DNA of 64,000 nucleotides from Octopus vulgaris (GCA_951406725.2 OX597820.1:21576001-21640000); one strand, 5' to 3'. Counted from the first letter of the stretch, positions 1 through 13,938 are shown. The notes: generated by a model not told the origin, from the letters alone. A program made the numbers and translations.

Positions 1-176
1 TTTATGAGAATAATCATCAACATAACTAATTTGATGGAGATCACCAACATATTTTATTTACTTACACTATCTTCAACAAAGGAACATCCCAGTATTTTAT
101 GAACATAACCATCAACATGATGGCGATCACCTACATATCTGATTTTCCTTAAACTATCTTTAACAAAGGAACATCC
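1..176. repeat. Two degenerate ~90 bp tandem units
   Basis: tttatga...catcaacat...gatggMgatcacc...actatcttYaacaaaggaacatcc occurs twice (1-89, 96-176). Confidence 0.75.
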
Positions 177-923
177 AAACTGAACATCATAATCATTATA
201 TTAAAACATAAACGAACAGGCAATTCTATTAAAAAGAATATGTTTAAAAATCAAATATAATTAAAACATTTGGAGAAGATGGTAAACTGAAAAAGAAAAA
301 AACTTCTGTTCTGTTAAAAACTATCACACAATGTCTGTAATTATTATCGTATTTATATTGATCCATAAATGATGATATTTAAAAATCCGTTTGTAGTTGA
401 AAATGTGCCAATGGAAGACTCAAGTGTGGTGAAACTTCAAGGATGTAATCCTAACAAATGAGACGATCCAAATGTGACATGGGTTACTTCAAGGAGATTC
501 TATTGCACATTTATTATGAATATTTATTTTCTCATTCAAACATGCCTGAATTATACGGTAATATGGATAATGAGATTAGTATTGTTCTTTATATACATGT
601 ATAAAACTGAGAGTTTGAAGGAGTTTTCCGTTCAAAATCGTACCAGAGCCTGCAAGTCAATTGTGTCAGAAAACATTTATATTGATATAAATCAGGCAAT
701 TAAATCATTAAGGAAGTGAAAATTAATCTATGAGGATCGATGTACAAGCGGACTAAATATCCTTTCAAGTATAGGCACAAGGCCAGCAATTTAGGGGTGG
801 GGGAGTAAGTCGATTACATCGCCCCCAGTGCTCAGCTGATACTTATTTCTTCGGCCACGAAAGGGAGAAAGGCAAAGTCGACCTCGGTGGAATTTGAACT
901 CAGAGAGACCAACAAGAGAGGAC

Positions 924-1190
924 TCTCTTTTACTCTTTTACTTGTTTCAGTCATTTGACTGTGGCCATGCTGGAGCACCGCTTCTAGTCGAGCAAATCCA
1001 CCCAGGACTTATTCTTTGTAAGCCTAGTACTTATTCTATCGGTCTCTTTTGCCGAATCGCTAAGTAACGGGGACGTAAACACACCAGCATCGGTTGTCAA
1101 GCGATGTTGGGGGAGAGACAGACACACAAATATATACACACACACACATACACATACATACATCACACACATATATACACACACACACAA

Positions 1191-1249
<59 letters not shown>

Positions 1250-1414
1250 TATGACGGGCTTCTTTCAGTTTCAGTCTACCAAATCCACTCACAAGGCTTT
1301 GGTCGGCCCGAGACCATAGTAGAAGACACTTGCCCAAGGTGCCACGCAGTGGGACTGAACCCGGAACCATGTGGTTGGTAAGCAAGCTACTTACCACACA
1401 GTCACTCCTACGCC
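924..1414 (-). mobile_element. SINE family A, full length, with internal (CA)/(TA) microsatellite
   Basis: tRNA-like head (ggagtgactgtgtggtaag...ggttccgggttcagtccc), then ggcaccttgggcaagtgtc core and the tail gcatggccacagtcaaatgactgaaacaagtaaaagagtaaaagag. Near-identical to copies at 5268, 10112, 47098 and 61186. Confidence 0.9.
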
Positions 1415-2104
1415 TATATACGCCTATATGACTAAATATAAAGAAAGGATTATGAGCCGTAAAATTGATTTGAACAGAATATATCCGACGAATAAGGATA
1501 ATCATGAACGAGCTTAGCCGACACTTAAATGTAAAGAAAAATTAATAAAAATTCTAACAGTTCTTAACTAATTCAGCACGATAAACAGAAATATACAGAT
1601 AATAGACAAGCAAACGATACTAAAATGTCTAGACGAGTATTTGATTTAACTATTGGCACTGATGATGACAAAAGCAAGTTTGTAGGTTGGTTAATGAAGT
1701 TTACACCAAACATTGGAACGTTTCAGGGAAAGGCATAAAGATGGTCCGAGCAATGCCACCAATTACACACACATACACGAAAGTGTGTAATCGACACTGC
1801 AATGGTGAATGAAGAAACGAAGAACCTTTTTCTAATAGAATGATTAGTTCAAATGCGGTAATAATGGTTTCATGGTGAATCTTAGCAATTATTCAACCAT
1901 AGATTGAATATCACTGAGTGCCCATGTATTTTCCTAAATACATACATGCATACATACATACATACATACATATATATATGTATATATATACATACATATA
2001 CACACACATATATATGTGTGTATGTATATATGTATATATATATATATATATACATAAAGACACATACATAGAGACACACACGCGCACACACACACACACA
2101 CACA

Positions 2105-2295
2105 CGGAAATTGCCTGGAAATTGAAATACCGAAAATAAGTTACATCAGAGCAAGAGCTATTCCTGTAGTCATAAACCCAGTCAAGCGTAGAGCAGAACA
2201 CATCGAAGAAATTCCAGAAAAGCCTTTCCAAATGAGATTCAAAGGATATTGTATACAGTAAGTTCATATATTCTTCGTAATATACTACTAATCTA
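2105..2295 (+). mobile_element. Degraded C-terminus of an RLE-type (R4/Dong-like) non-LTR retrotransposon
   Basis: Frame-shifted IPVVI...HIEEIP...EIQRILYTVSSYILRNIL resembles IPVVIGALG...IPG...EIQK..L..TAHILR. Confidence 0.5.
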
Positions 2296-3399
2296 ATTTT
2301 AAAATTGGCATAAAGATATAACAAAGCATATATTACGGATAATAATAATCATTTCTATCAAAGACACTAGGCCTGGTGGAAGGGGGTTAGTCTATTACAT
2401 AGACCCCCCCGTGCTCGATTGGTATTTATTTTATCGTCTTTGAAAGGATGAAAGACACCGTAGATGTTGATGGGATTTGAATTCAGAAAGGCAGAGACGG
2501 ACGAAATGCCACAACAGGTAGACAAAAGTTAGAAAAGCGATGGACTAAGTAAATATAGGCAGAAAAATTTAACAACAAAAGTTGTACACAGTATGTCACA
2601 AACAAAATGGAAAAAGAAAATAAGGCGGTGCTCCAGCATGGCCGCAGTCAAATGACTGAAACAAGTAAAAGAGTAAAAGAGTAAGTAGAATGATGTTTCA
2701 GGTGAACCTTTTATCAAAGTAGAGTAAGAAGCAAGTTAAAAGAAACAAGAAAAGAAACGATGCCCGTTTGAAGCTCGTGTGTAACTTTCGGCTACATTTG
2801 GTGTTATATGGTGATTGAAAATGATCTAACGAATAATTTTCTAATGAATAGTAATTTCAAAGGCGTCATAAGAGAAGAAGCAGATCTGTTACAGAAAACT
2901 GGTCACTAAATTGACTCCCGAAGTCAGTACTAGAAAGAAAATCACACTAGAAAGAAAATGAGACATTGAAGATCTAGTAAACCAAATTTTATTTTTGTAT
3001 TGAGCCAACAACGTAACATGAATCAGCTCTGTATCAACAAAGAGTGATTGAACCAATGAGGTGGTCTCAGCGTGGTCACGTGCTATGCTAAGAATAACAG
3101 ACGGATTCCTTCAAATCATTCCGATATCATTGAATAAGAACGATACATCGGACAAAGTAGTCCCGAGTAAATAAAATGATGGAATGGCTAAAGCTTTTCA
3201 TCACAAGCCGGCTCAATTAGTGCTGGCTTGAGATCAAGCAACAACATCAACAACAACAACAAACAGGATAATAATAAAACCATATTTTATGGAAACAACA
3301 ACAATTCTTGCAACAATTGATGGCCTAAAGGCCTAATAAAGTCTACAGAGTTTTAATCAAGTCGAAGAAACAAATAAACGTCAGATAGAGAGTTTTAAT

Positions 3400-3778
3400 T
3401 TTAGCTCAAAGCCAGGAGGAGCTAGTCGATTATATCGACCCCACTGTTCAACAGCTGTTACTTTTTACCAACCCCGGGAAGATGAAAGTGAAAGTTGACC
3501 TCGGTTTTATTTGAAATCGGAACGTAAAAGAACCAAAAGTGATACCTATTTCTTTACTACCCACAAGGGGCTAAACACAGAGGGGACAAACAAGGACAGA
3601 CAAACGGATTAAGTCGACTACATCGACCCCAGTGCGTAACTGGTATTTAATTTATTGACCCCGAAAGGATGGAAGGCAAAGTCGACCTCGGTGGAGTTTG
3701 AACTCAGAATGTAGCGACGGGCGTAATACAGCTAAGCATTTCGCCCGGCGTGCTAACGTTTCTGCCAACTCACCGCCT
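3400..3778 (-). mobile_element. SINE family B: young full monomer (3547-3778) joined to an older partial copy
   Basis: Head aaggcggtgagttggcagaaacgttagcacgccgg, B-box-like gagttcaaa, body gactttgcctt(t)catcctttcggggtc, tail ...ttgtgggtagtaaagaaatag. Confidence 0.85.
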
Positions 3779-4077
3779 TTCTTTATACAAAGATTAAAAC
3801 CAAACTAAAACGTACAAACAAAATTAAAGTGTCTACAGATGCGCAAATGAAACTAGGATCCAAGATTTTGTAGATACCAACCAATTCAAGAATTCTACTA
3901 GATATCAGTTTTGTTTTGCTTATGTTACTCTTACATTTTAATTATGTAAAATATATTCATTAAAATACATATAAATTAACAGTGACTACTCTATACAATT
4001 AGTATTTAATAATGTATTCAAATCATGGTGTCATTTATATATTAACTTAAATGAGTACAAATCGTTAGATTTTAAAT

Positions 4078-4330
4078 CAATGTTTCCCGACTAATCTTTA
4101 CTTATGGACTCCTTTGATTCCTATTTCCCTCGGATGGACCCTCCTAACCATTCGATGTTTGAAAAATCATGTATTTTTATCATCAAATATTATTAGGAAT
4201 TGTAAAAAAGAATTCTTTAAAATATTTTGAGAATTGTGGATATATAACAAATTTATTGCCGATAAATTTTAACAACAAAATCTTATATGGATCCCACAAA
4301 GGCCATATGAACCTCAGCTGCGAACCAATG
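4078..4330. mobile_element. hAT (Charlie-like) MITE
   Basis: Degenerate TIRs caatgtttcccgac / gctgcgaaccaatg; 8 bp TSD ttttaaat / ctttaaat; body shared with 16276-16604. Confidence 0.7.
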
Positions 4331-4409
4331 CTTTAAATGAAAGAATATATTTATAGAATAAGTTTGTATGTCTCTTGTTTTCGCGATTAATTACTTAATA
4401 ATCAATACC

Positions 4410-4642
4410 TATTTCTTTACTAAATACAAGGGGCTAAACACAGAAGGGACAAACAAGGACAGACAAACGGATTAAGTCGATTATATCGACCCCAGTGCGT
4501 AAATGGTACTTATTCAATCGACCCCGAAAGGATAAAAGGCAAAGTCGCTCTCGGCGGAATTTGAATCCAGAACGTAACGACAGACGAAATACTGCTGAGC
4601 ATTTCGCCCGGCGTGCTAACGTTTCTGCCAGCTCGTCGCCTT
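4410..4642 (-). mobile_element. SINE family B monomer with 16 bp TSD
   Basis: cttaataatcaatacc at 4394-4409 and 4647-4662. Confidence 0.9.
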
Positions 4643-4859
4643 ATTGCTTAATAATCAATACCATTCATTTTATCATTTAAAATAAAAATGGTAAATGGTA
4701 TTTAATAGTTTATCACTGAAGTGGAATTTTCCTGATTTCGCTGCTGAACGTCTTTCTAGAACAGACCTGGAGAAAAATCTACAGTTTTAAGAGCTGAAAG
4801 GTTTTCATGAAATTTGGAATTTCAGTATAATTTTCAACAGAACTTTTTTTCAATATTAC

Positions 4860-5200
4860 AATATTTTTAAACGACAGGGTGCGTAGCTCCGATATTAGTG
4901 AGTCTCTCCAGGTCGATCCACTATTTCTCTGCATTGAGAGATCACAGCTCAACGGACATGGAATGGAATGTTTTAGAAAAGAACCGCAAGACGAGCCAAC
5001 CGATAGAAGACCTAGGGGCCGGCTAAGAGCGATATGGTTGGATATTATCCATACTTTCAGTGGGTCTCGCTTAGGAATCCAGCCGGAAAGTATAATGATG
5101 GTTTCTTCTTTCAGGACCCAATGGAGGAAGTACCCTCCATAGGGCACCTCCTCCACAGGACCCACCCAGGAATGGTGGGCTGAAAGATGGATGGATATTA
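4860..5200 (+). mobile_element. RTE (Rex3/Expander-like) LINE 3' remnant
   Basis: RVRSSDISESLQVDPLFLCIERSQL...PTDRRPRGRLRAIWLD.I....SRLGIQPE resembles the Rex3/Expander C-terminus VEPLLL.IERSQLRW...PTGRRPRGRPRTRW.D.I...RLGI. Confidence 0.75.
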
Positions 5201-5267
5201 TCGATAACTTTCAATTGTGGACAACTTTCTCCTGTTCCTAAGCAGAGTTCACTTATAGTATTTAATA

Positions 5268-5662
5268 TCTTTACTCTTTTACTTGTTTCAGTCATTTGAC
5301 TGCGGCCATGCTGGAGCACCGCCTTTAGTCGAGCAGATCGACCCCATGGCTTATTCTTTGTAAGCCTAGTACTTATTCTATCGGTCTCTTTTGCCGAACC
5401 GCTAGGTTACAGGGACGTAAACACACCAGCATCGGTTGTCAAGCAATGATGGGGGGACAAACACAGACACACAAACATATGCACACACATACATATATAT
5501 GACGGGCTTCTTTCAGTTTCCGTCTCCCAAATCCACTCACAAGGCTTTGGTCGACCCGAGGCTATAGTAGAAGACACTTGCCCAAGGTTCCACGCAGTGG
5601 GACTGGACCCAGAACCATGTGGTTGATAAGCAAGCTACTTACCACACAGCCACTCCTGCGCC
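5268..5662 (-). mobile_element. SINE family A, full length
   Basis: Same head, body and tail as 924-1414. Confidence 0.9.
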
Positions 5663-5840
5663 TATATATTATATATTATGCAATATTGAATAATACTTAG
5701 ACGATATGACATTCCGTGTTTTAAAATGCCAGTGATGGCAACTAAAAAATGACTGCTGAAATTTGATGGCGGATACCATACACACGCGTGCGCATGCACA
5801 TACATACATACATACATACATACATACATACATACATACA

Positions 5841-5871
<31 letters not shown>

Positions 5872-6217
5872 GAAGCAAAATTTAGTCGCAGTTCAATGAC
5901 CGAAACCAGTGAAAAGTTGAAGTTTATAGGTCTTCAGTAAAGTTAGATCCTGTTGTTTTAAACATGTGTTGAAATATGCTTCGTAATGGTGAGATATATC
6001 GTCAACATGGTATACGGAGTATCATTTTACTGTTCATGGAAGTGTTTCCTGGCATTTGAGTGATTCCAGAGATATCATATCGTCAGTGTACTGGAATGAA
6101 GGTTAATCATTAGATTCTGTTATGGTTTGACTATATAACTTCCTGAGAGAGAAGTGAATCTCCTCAAGCTGATGTTTATATTGGAGAAGAATATGATTAT
6201 ATTGCGTTGCTCCATTA

Positions 6218-6267
<50 letters not shown>

Positions 6268-6341
6268 TATATGCATATATATGAGTGTCTGTATATATAT
6301 ATATATGTATCTACAAACACATAGATATATATATATATATA

Positions 6342-6580
6342 TTCTTTTACTCTTTTACTTGTTTCAGTCATTTGACTGTGGCCATGCTGGAGCACCGTCT
6401 TTAGTCGAGCAAATCGACCCCAGGATTTATTCTTTGTAAGCCTAGTACTTATTCTATCGGTTTCTTTTGCCGAACCGCTAAGTTACGGGGACGTAAACAC
6501 ACCAGCATCGGTTGTCAAGCGATATTGGGAGGAGGACAAACACAGACACACAAACACATACACACACACATACATATGTG
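6342..6580 (-). mobile_element. SINE family A, 3' half
   Basis: Tail and body match; ends in the internal microsatellite. Confidence 0.85.
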
Positions 6581-6732
6581 AAATAAGCGTTGCGAAAATA
6601 ATACCAGGCACAAATCTTACACATCACATGTAAGCTGGAACTATAAATGATATATTAAGCATTTACTCCATCTAAAATCAATTTCCTTCTTTTAGTTTAT
6701 TTGAAGAATTACTGTGCACGTAATACTATAAT

Positions 6733-7040
6733 GTTGTTTGTTCCTTCTCGAGCCACGCCTGGCTCATAAAGGCCGGTTTCCCGGTTTCTTTGACGTATAG
6801 GTTCCCCACCTGGACGGGGACGCCGATCCATCGCAGGTGAACTGCAAGATGCAGGAGGAAAGAGTGAGAGAAGGTTGTGGCGAAAGAGTCAGCAGAAGTT
6901 CGCCATTACCTTCTGCCGGAACCGCGTGGAGCTTAGGTGTTTCGCTCATAAACACACACACATTGCCCGGTCTGAGATTCGAACCCGCGATCTCTCGACC
7001 GCGAGTCCGCTGCTCTAACCACTAGGCCATGTGCCTCCAC
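6733..7040 (-). mobile_element. SINE family C (tRNA-Arg-like head; possibly one of the octopus OR SINEs)
   Basis: Head ggaggcacatggcctagtggttagagcagcggactcgcggtcgag...gggttcgaatc (A box, TCG anticodon-like loop, B box); tail gagaaggaacaaacaac. Confidence 0.9.
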
Positions 7041-7847
7041 TAATGCTATTATACAGTTTGAAAATACACAACTACCCCTGTCATTATCTCTGTGTGTATT
7101 ATACTTACATATGTGTATTTGTGCGTACATATCTGTGTGTATTTGTGCGTACATATCTGTGTATGTTTGTGCTTACATGTGTGTGTGTGTGTTATATAAA
7201 TCTATGTGCCATTATTAAAACAAATACATCGTTAAATACTATACATCAATAAGAGATGACTGCCGCAGTTTATCAGATCTTCATTTGAGCTATTTTTGTT
7301 AGTTATATTCCTACCATCGGATTTGTTTTGTATTTCAAACACCCTTAAACTTAGAGTGAAACTAGTATCGAATAAGATGGACCACCTTGTATCAATGCAG
7401 AAATATGTTTCTCATAATAATTTTCTATATAACCCAAACTTTAGAAGGTCATTTGAATTAATCTAAAATAATTCAGATTTATTGTTCGAGTTTAACAATA
7501 TATTTGGCTCAAAATCCACGGTCCACCTCTACATCTTTCATTCATTTCGTTCGCCACCTTTCCTACATCCTATCTTCATTTTAAAACCTGTATTTGTCAC
7601 TTTCGCCAGCCAATCTAATAATTAGAGTTTTCGAGAAATTAATAACTAAGACAAATCAATGTAGTTCTACATTTTCAGTATTTCGTAACTTTCGATGTTT
7701 CTTCTAAACTTTTAAAAGTTAGCGAATGTTTAAAAATCTTTTCAGTTATTCCTTTTCGTTACCCTTTCACGAGTTACACAGATACAACACACATATACGT
7801 ATGTATATAACTTACACACATACCCGCCCCCCCCCCATTTATATATA

Positions 7848-8155
7848 TCACCGTGATCACCGTGACCGACCAGGCTATCAGATGTTCCTACGCATCGCTG
7901 ATCACAATGTGCTTCGCATTGTTTTAGCCTTTGAATGACGCCACCCCGCTGGCTAAGCGAGCAGGCCAACAGAAGAAAGAGTGAGAGAAGGTCGTGGCGC
8001 AAGAGTCCAGCAGGGATCACCACCACCCCCTGCCGGAGCCTCGAGGAGCTTTAGGTGTTTCCGCTCAATAAACACTCACAACACCCGGTCAGGGAATCGA
8101 AACCGCGATCCTACAACCGCGAGTCCGCTGCCCTAACCACTAGGCCATTGCGCTT

Positions 8156-8158
<3 letters not shown>
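7848..8158 (-). mobile_element. SINE related to family C, different tail
   Basis: Head gaagcgcaatggcctagtggttagggcagcggactcgcgg...ggtttcgattccc; shares gagtgagag / ccggagcc body motifs. Confidence 0.8.
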
Positions 8159-8219
<61 letters not shown>

Positions 8220-8532
8220 GGTGATAGTGATTGCTTAGTCTTTGCAGATGATTACCGTCTCCCCATCAACCGTCATCAGCTCCAAACGTCTGTCCATGAC
8301 CCCCTAGGTGGGTTTTACGTCTAACATTAGACTTACACGGTCTGCAGCAAACGTGATAGATGTGCCTTGTATTGGATTTATTGGGTCAACTTGTGGGATG
8401 TCATCCTCATACGCCTTTTAAGACCAGGCATTGATTTGCAAATCTTTTTGCACACCACTCATGTTGGAGGGATAGAGCTACAAACAGTTGGCTTTTTATG
8501 TGACTTTAAATAAGTGATGCAACCAGCTTTTG

Positions 8533-8575
<43 letters not shown>

Positions 8576-9009
8576 TATACATGCTTACATATATATATTT
8601 ACATATGTTTACACACACACACACACATACACACGCACACACACACACACACATATTCAACGGACTGAAGAATCTGCAGAACGTCGCACGAGTTCTCAGC
8701 TCTGAATGCGCTGCTTCTAGTAGCAGAAACAGCTGTAAATTAATGGAGGTGAGTATGCAGCTCCTGCTCTTTTGTCATACATTAACTGATATCACGCTCT
8801 GTACTCTCTTCACCGTTTACTCCAAGGAATAAGTACACTGAATTCTAACAACTGGTCATTATTATAGCTGTACCTAAATAAAATCATAGTACACACACAT
8901 TTATGTATACATAATATATATTTACATTATATATATATATATATATATATACATATTTATGCAATATATACACATATATTCATATATGTATACCTACACA
9001 CACACACAC

Positions 9010-9042
<33 letters not shown>

Positions 9043-10111
9043 TGTATGTATGTATGTATACTTATATATGACACAACTCAATTTAGTCTCTTTACATTTC
9101 TAATTTAATATCACTAACCAGCAATGATATTTCACGATGTTTAAATGAGAAAATAAGCACAATTTTAAAGTCACTAATTGTGGGGTGTTTTGTGAATAGC
9201 TTTACATGTTTTTGTTCGTTAAACCCTATAATAAAGATCGTCAATGGAACGTTAGGAAGATTATTTAAGAAGATTCATGTTAGATTTTAAGTATTTAGCT
9301 ATTTGTACAGTCGAAAAAAGAAAAGATAACCCGTGAAAAATAAATACAGAAAAGCAATTTGGGGTTGGAAAATATAATGGCACATGCTGCGATTCTAAGT
9401 AGCGAGAGCAGAATGGCAGATGTGGTAATTTAAATTAGTGTTAATTTGTTTTGTTTTTACTTTTTTTTATGGCGTTCAACCAAATTAAACTGTTTACGAA
9501 AGTCTGTTTACATAAACGAATTCCATTTATACTTTAAATGACTGAATAAACAAAATACTCTGCTCCTGGTTGCCGGGTTATGACCTAGAATCTCGGAGCT
9601 GCCTTTACATTACATCACAGATGCAGGACATGATTCCACGATTCTAAAATAGGTGTGATTTTTGGTATTTCGTATGGATATATAAACACAATGCATGGCT
9701 AATCCAGATGCTATACAAAAGTGGTTTTTTTTACCCTGAGAGCTAGTATCCCCTTGGGAACGTTGTGAGTTTACAAGGAAGCAGTAAACGCTAAGGGGGG
9801 TACTAAGGACGTTGGTTATTTAGATGAGTCATGATTTTTCTGAGATATAAGATATTTAAACCAAGTACAATGACTTATATTTTAAACATATTTTCAAAAC
9901 CTCTTTGCCGAGATTAGAATTCAGGTAAGACAGTGGGTTATCAGTGAACGGAAACAAGATTGAAGATGCGCCAAGTCCAATATAATCTTATTACATACGT
10001 CCTTTTCTTAGTAATTTCTATACAAAAAAAAATGATAATATGGGGGCCCTAGTTCCTACAAATATATAAAGATACATATGCTGGACAGGGTGCTATGTTA
10101 AAAAATATGGT

Positions 10112-10492
10112 TACTCTTTTACTCTTTTACTTGTTTCAGTCATTTGACTGCGGCCATGCTGGAGCACCGCCTTTAGTCGAGCAAATCGACCCCAGGACTT
10201 ATTTTTGTATGCCTAGTATTTATTCTATCGGGTTTCTTTTGCCGAACCGCTAAGTTACGGGGACGTAAACACACCAACATCGGTTGTCAAACGATGTTGG
10301 GGGGGGGGGGACAAACACAAACACATAAACATTTACACACACATATATATATATATACATATATACGACGGGATTCTTTCAGTTTCCCTCTACCGAATCC
10401 ACTCACAAGGCTTTGGTGGCCCGAGGCTATAGTAGAAGACACTTGCCCAAGGTACCACGCAATGGGACTGAACTCGGAACCATGTGTTTGGT
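10112..10492 (-). mobile_element. SINE family A, slightly 5'-truncated
   Basis: Matches the family A body and tail. Confidence 0.88.
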
Positions 10493-10494
10493 AG

Positions 10495-10900
10495 ACATCT
10501 GCAGAACAAGAAATTCCAGAGGATTGGTACTCGTGAGTTGGGATGAAGTGTTTAAGCTAGGGTCTGAGAGAGAAAGAGCGAGAGAGAGTTGGCAGACAGA
10601 TGGACAGAGTGTACAATGAACTGAAGAACTGACTTGTGTAGAGATTAGATACAGTTCTCTAGTTTTGAAAAACTAATGCCATTGTAATTGTAATAGAACG
10701 TATCAGAAACCACACTTTGGTATGTGAGTATTTGCGAATCAGACTGAATACATTCTTTTGGATGAGGCCTAGAATATTTGAGCGCAAGCATCAGCACGAT
10801 CTCAGAGGTGCTGAGTCGTTTAAATCCCAAGGTGTGGTAAAAGATTTTAGATTTGATATGTGCAGTAATTATGCGTCAATGTGTTTTTGAAAGATACAAT
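10495..10900 (-). mobile_element. Highly degraded CR1/L2-group LINE 3' remnant
   Basis: FYYNYNGISFSKLENCI...RVPILWN resembles FYRYYNG.CS.ELA.C...R...LWN.LP. Confidence 0.4.
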
Positions 10901-11217
10901 ATTGTTAAAACTCTACAGGAAGATATTTTGGGTGATCCAGGTTTGGCGTGACATGACTTAGTTGGATGTGGTTGACCTATGTCCTATGTGCACAGGAGGG
11001 GAAAAATTTAGAAAATAAAGATAAAGAATGGTATCATAAGCTTAGGAGTGAACGTTATAAGAAATTACAGCAAGTAGGTCAATAATTTCAGGGAAAAAAT
11101 CTGGAGATAAAACCAATCTTTAGAGCATTGACAAAGTGTGAATCAAAGCGACTACTGTTAGGCAGGCTACGCTGGTGCAATCTGACAAGGAACTCCAGTA
11201 TGAGATATAGTATATAC

Positions 11218-11420
11218 GCTTGGCACTCTGTCGGTTAAGACGACGAGGGTTCTAGTTGATCCGATCAACGGAACAGCTTACTCTACGAGTGCAAGTGGCT
11301 GAGCACTCCACAGACACGTGTGTCCTTAATGTTGTTCTCAGGGAGATTCAGCATGACACAGAGCGTGACAAGGTTGACACCTTTGAAATAGAGGTACTAC
11401 TAACTTTTGCCAGCTGAGTA
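11218..11420 (-). mobile_element. 5'-truncated SINE, possibly of the Nin/Deu-domain type
   Basis: Begins with the shared actcagctggcaaaa core; body gctgaatctccctgagaac...tgtggagtgctcagccacttgcac resembles Nin-domain SINEs as I recall them. Confidence 0.55.
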
Positions 11421-11739
11421 GTATACATATAAAGGTAGGGTTTTATGTATGCTGTATCTGATTGAAGACATTACTTTTGCCAAAGGAAACAACATTGTTT
11501 TCACCAAACTTTCCAAGAGCATGGGTCCACTGATAAGTGATTCAAGAGATTTCAGTACATCTGACTTTACAAGGAACTACTTCTAACATGTATTCTTTTT
11601 CTGTTTGTTATTATTTTTGTTGTTGTTATGTATCAATGTCTCATATGCGTAAAAATGTGACGAAAAAAATATGATATAAAAACATAACCGAAATAGTATG
11701 TGATAAGATGGTGCTTTTGATTCTTGCACATAAATATTC

Positions 11740-12090
11740 TAAACCTCTTCCGAATATCTGCGATGACTCAATCGTCAACTCACTACAACTTCTGGCTCAC
11801 AGTGACTTACAAGGATCTCACAACCTTTTCTATCACCATAACAACGACCTGCCTGCACTTCTCTGAACTAGCTAATTGTATATTCTCTCGACACAGGCTA
11901 CATAGCCTCTCCATTTGTCCCACACGTTTGACATTCTCTCGTCACACTCTTTATCATCCCTCAGATCCCGCTCTCGCTTTTAGCACTTCGCCTGGTCCTT
12001 ACTCTTTCAAAAATAATTGCTTTCAGGAAATTTCTTCCCATTTACGTGTTCCTACAAGACTGACTCACCAGTTCTGGTGCTGAATGCTAA
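11740..12090 (+). mobile_element. Highly degraded CR1/L2-group LINE 3' remnant
   Basis: FYHHNND / FSELANCIFS motif, similar to the inverted remnant at 10.5-10.9 kb. Confidence 0.35.
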
Positions 12091-12239
12091 CTACATACAT
12101 CTCATAGACACGAAAGAGATTGTGAATACATTAAGCACTGTCTCTATTCAGATTACTTTATATTAATAGAAAAATAAAAAACGGATCTTTAAGATGTTTC
12201 TTCGTCATATGCGAGAGCACCCTTATACGTTTATGGTTT

Positions 12240-12344
12240 TCTGTCTATCCCTCTGCCTATCTATCTACACATCTATCTATCTATCTATATCTATCTATCC
12301 ACTTATCCACCTATCTATCTATATCTATCTATCCACTTATCCAC

Positions 12345-12401
<57 letters not shown>

Positions 12402-12404
12402 CAC

Positions 12405-12437
<33 letters not shown>

Positions 12438-12521
12438 CACCTATCTATCTATCTATCTATCTATCTATCCACCTATCTATCTATCTATCTATCCATCCAT
12501 CTATCCATCCATCTGCCTATC

Positions 12522-12605
<84 letters not shown>

Positions 12606-12670
12606 AGTCAATCCATCTATCCATCTATCTATCTAACTGTCTGTTTGTCTACTTATCTATCTGTCTGTCT
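12240..12670. repeat. (CTAT)n compound microsatellite
   Basis: Direct. Confidence 0.97.
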
Positions 12671-12804
12671 CTTTACTTACCTAGCTATATTCATATATAT
12701 AAGTATGTATGTATACCTATATATACTTGCGTGTTTATATTGTGTCTGCATAGTTTCTACCAGCACAGTTACACACGTACGCATACACTTTTCACATATG
12801 CTTA

Positions 12805-12849
<45 letters not shown>

Positions 12850-13344
12850 GACAGACAGACATGTATGTATGCATGTTTGTCTATATAACTTTGGAATGTT
12901 TTAAAGAATGTTTCCTCATTTAGCTCGATTTAGTTCACAGTTTATATGCTTAAAAACCGCGTTCCACGATTAGATTCATATGTTTTCCAATAGAAATTAC
13001 CTTGAAAATATGTTAGTGAGGTCGTACTTCTTATAACATTAATTTACTAAACTGTGATTGTGCAAGGCAGTAATTAAATATGCTCATCCATCTGTTGAAA
13101 CTTTGCAGATTTTTACGCTTTTGAATTTTTGCGTTTTATTTTGCCAACGGCTCCGCTAGCAGAACTGACTACTGAGATCTTGCAAATCTTCAGTTAGTTA
13201 GAAATCTCGCTAACTTCAAAATTACTTAGCTTCAATTTTCAGAACCAGTATTTTTCATAAATTTTATTTTTTTGATAAACAGTTTCTTTTTGCCTTGATC
13301 CCCGAGACTCATAAAATCAGTTTCACGGTGTATTAAAACGTCGA

Positions 13345-13646
13345 TAAAGTCGCCCTTTTCAAGCCTAGCCGGGCTCATGGATACGGTTTCCCAGTTTCTA
13401 TGGCGTATGTGTTCCCCTCCCCCCAGCTGGACGGGACGTCAGTCCATCGCAGCGTTACTCAAGAAACAAGAAGAGAGAGTGAGAGAAAGAGTACAACAGA
13501 GGTCGCCACCACCCCCTGCCGGAGCCTCGTGAAGCTTTTAGGTGTTTTCGCTCAATAAACACACACAACGCCCGGTCTGGGAATTGAAACCGCGATCTTC
13601 CGACCGCGAGTCCGCTGCCCTAACCACTGGGCCATTGCGCCTCCTT
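13345..13646 (-). mobile_element. SINE related to family C with TSD
   Basis: Head as 7848 copy; tail aggcttgaaaagggcgac; flanks ttcacggtgtatta / ttcacagtgtatta. Confidence 0.82.
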
Positions 13647-13938
13647 CACAGTGTATTAGTGGCCGACATCACAACCGGCCTCCTGAAGTGGACGCCAGCC
13701 TCTTGCAGAGTTCAAGGCCAGTATTTTTGTGGGCAGGAGACAAGTTGATTATATCGACCACAGTATTTGACTGGTACTCTACTTTATCGTAGAGTACCAG
13801 TCAAATTGTCCTCGGTGGGATTCGAACTTAGAACGTAAACAACCGGCAGAAATGCCGCTAAGTATATTTTCCGGCGTGTTAACGGTTCTACCGGCACGCC
13901 ACCTTGATTAATATAATAAATATCCAGTTGTAAAGTAT

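Noticed and set aside
8650-8755. Plus-strand exon ending GAG|GTGAGT (8749)
   Set aside because: Isolated donor-like motif with no acceptor or recognisable protein; expected by chance in 64 kb
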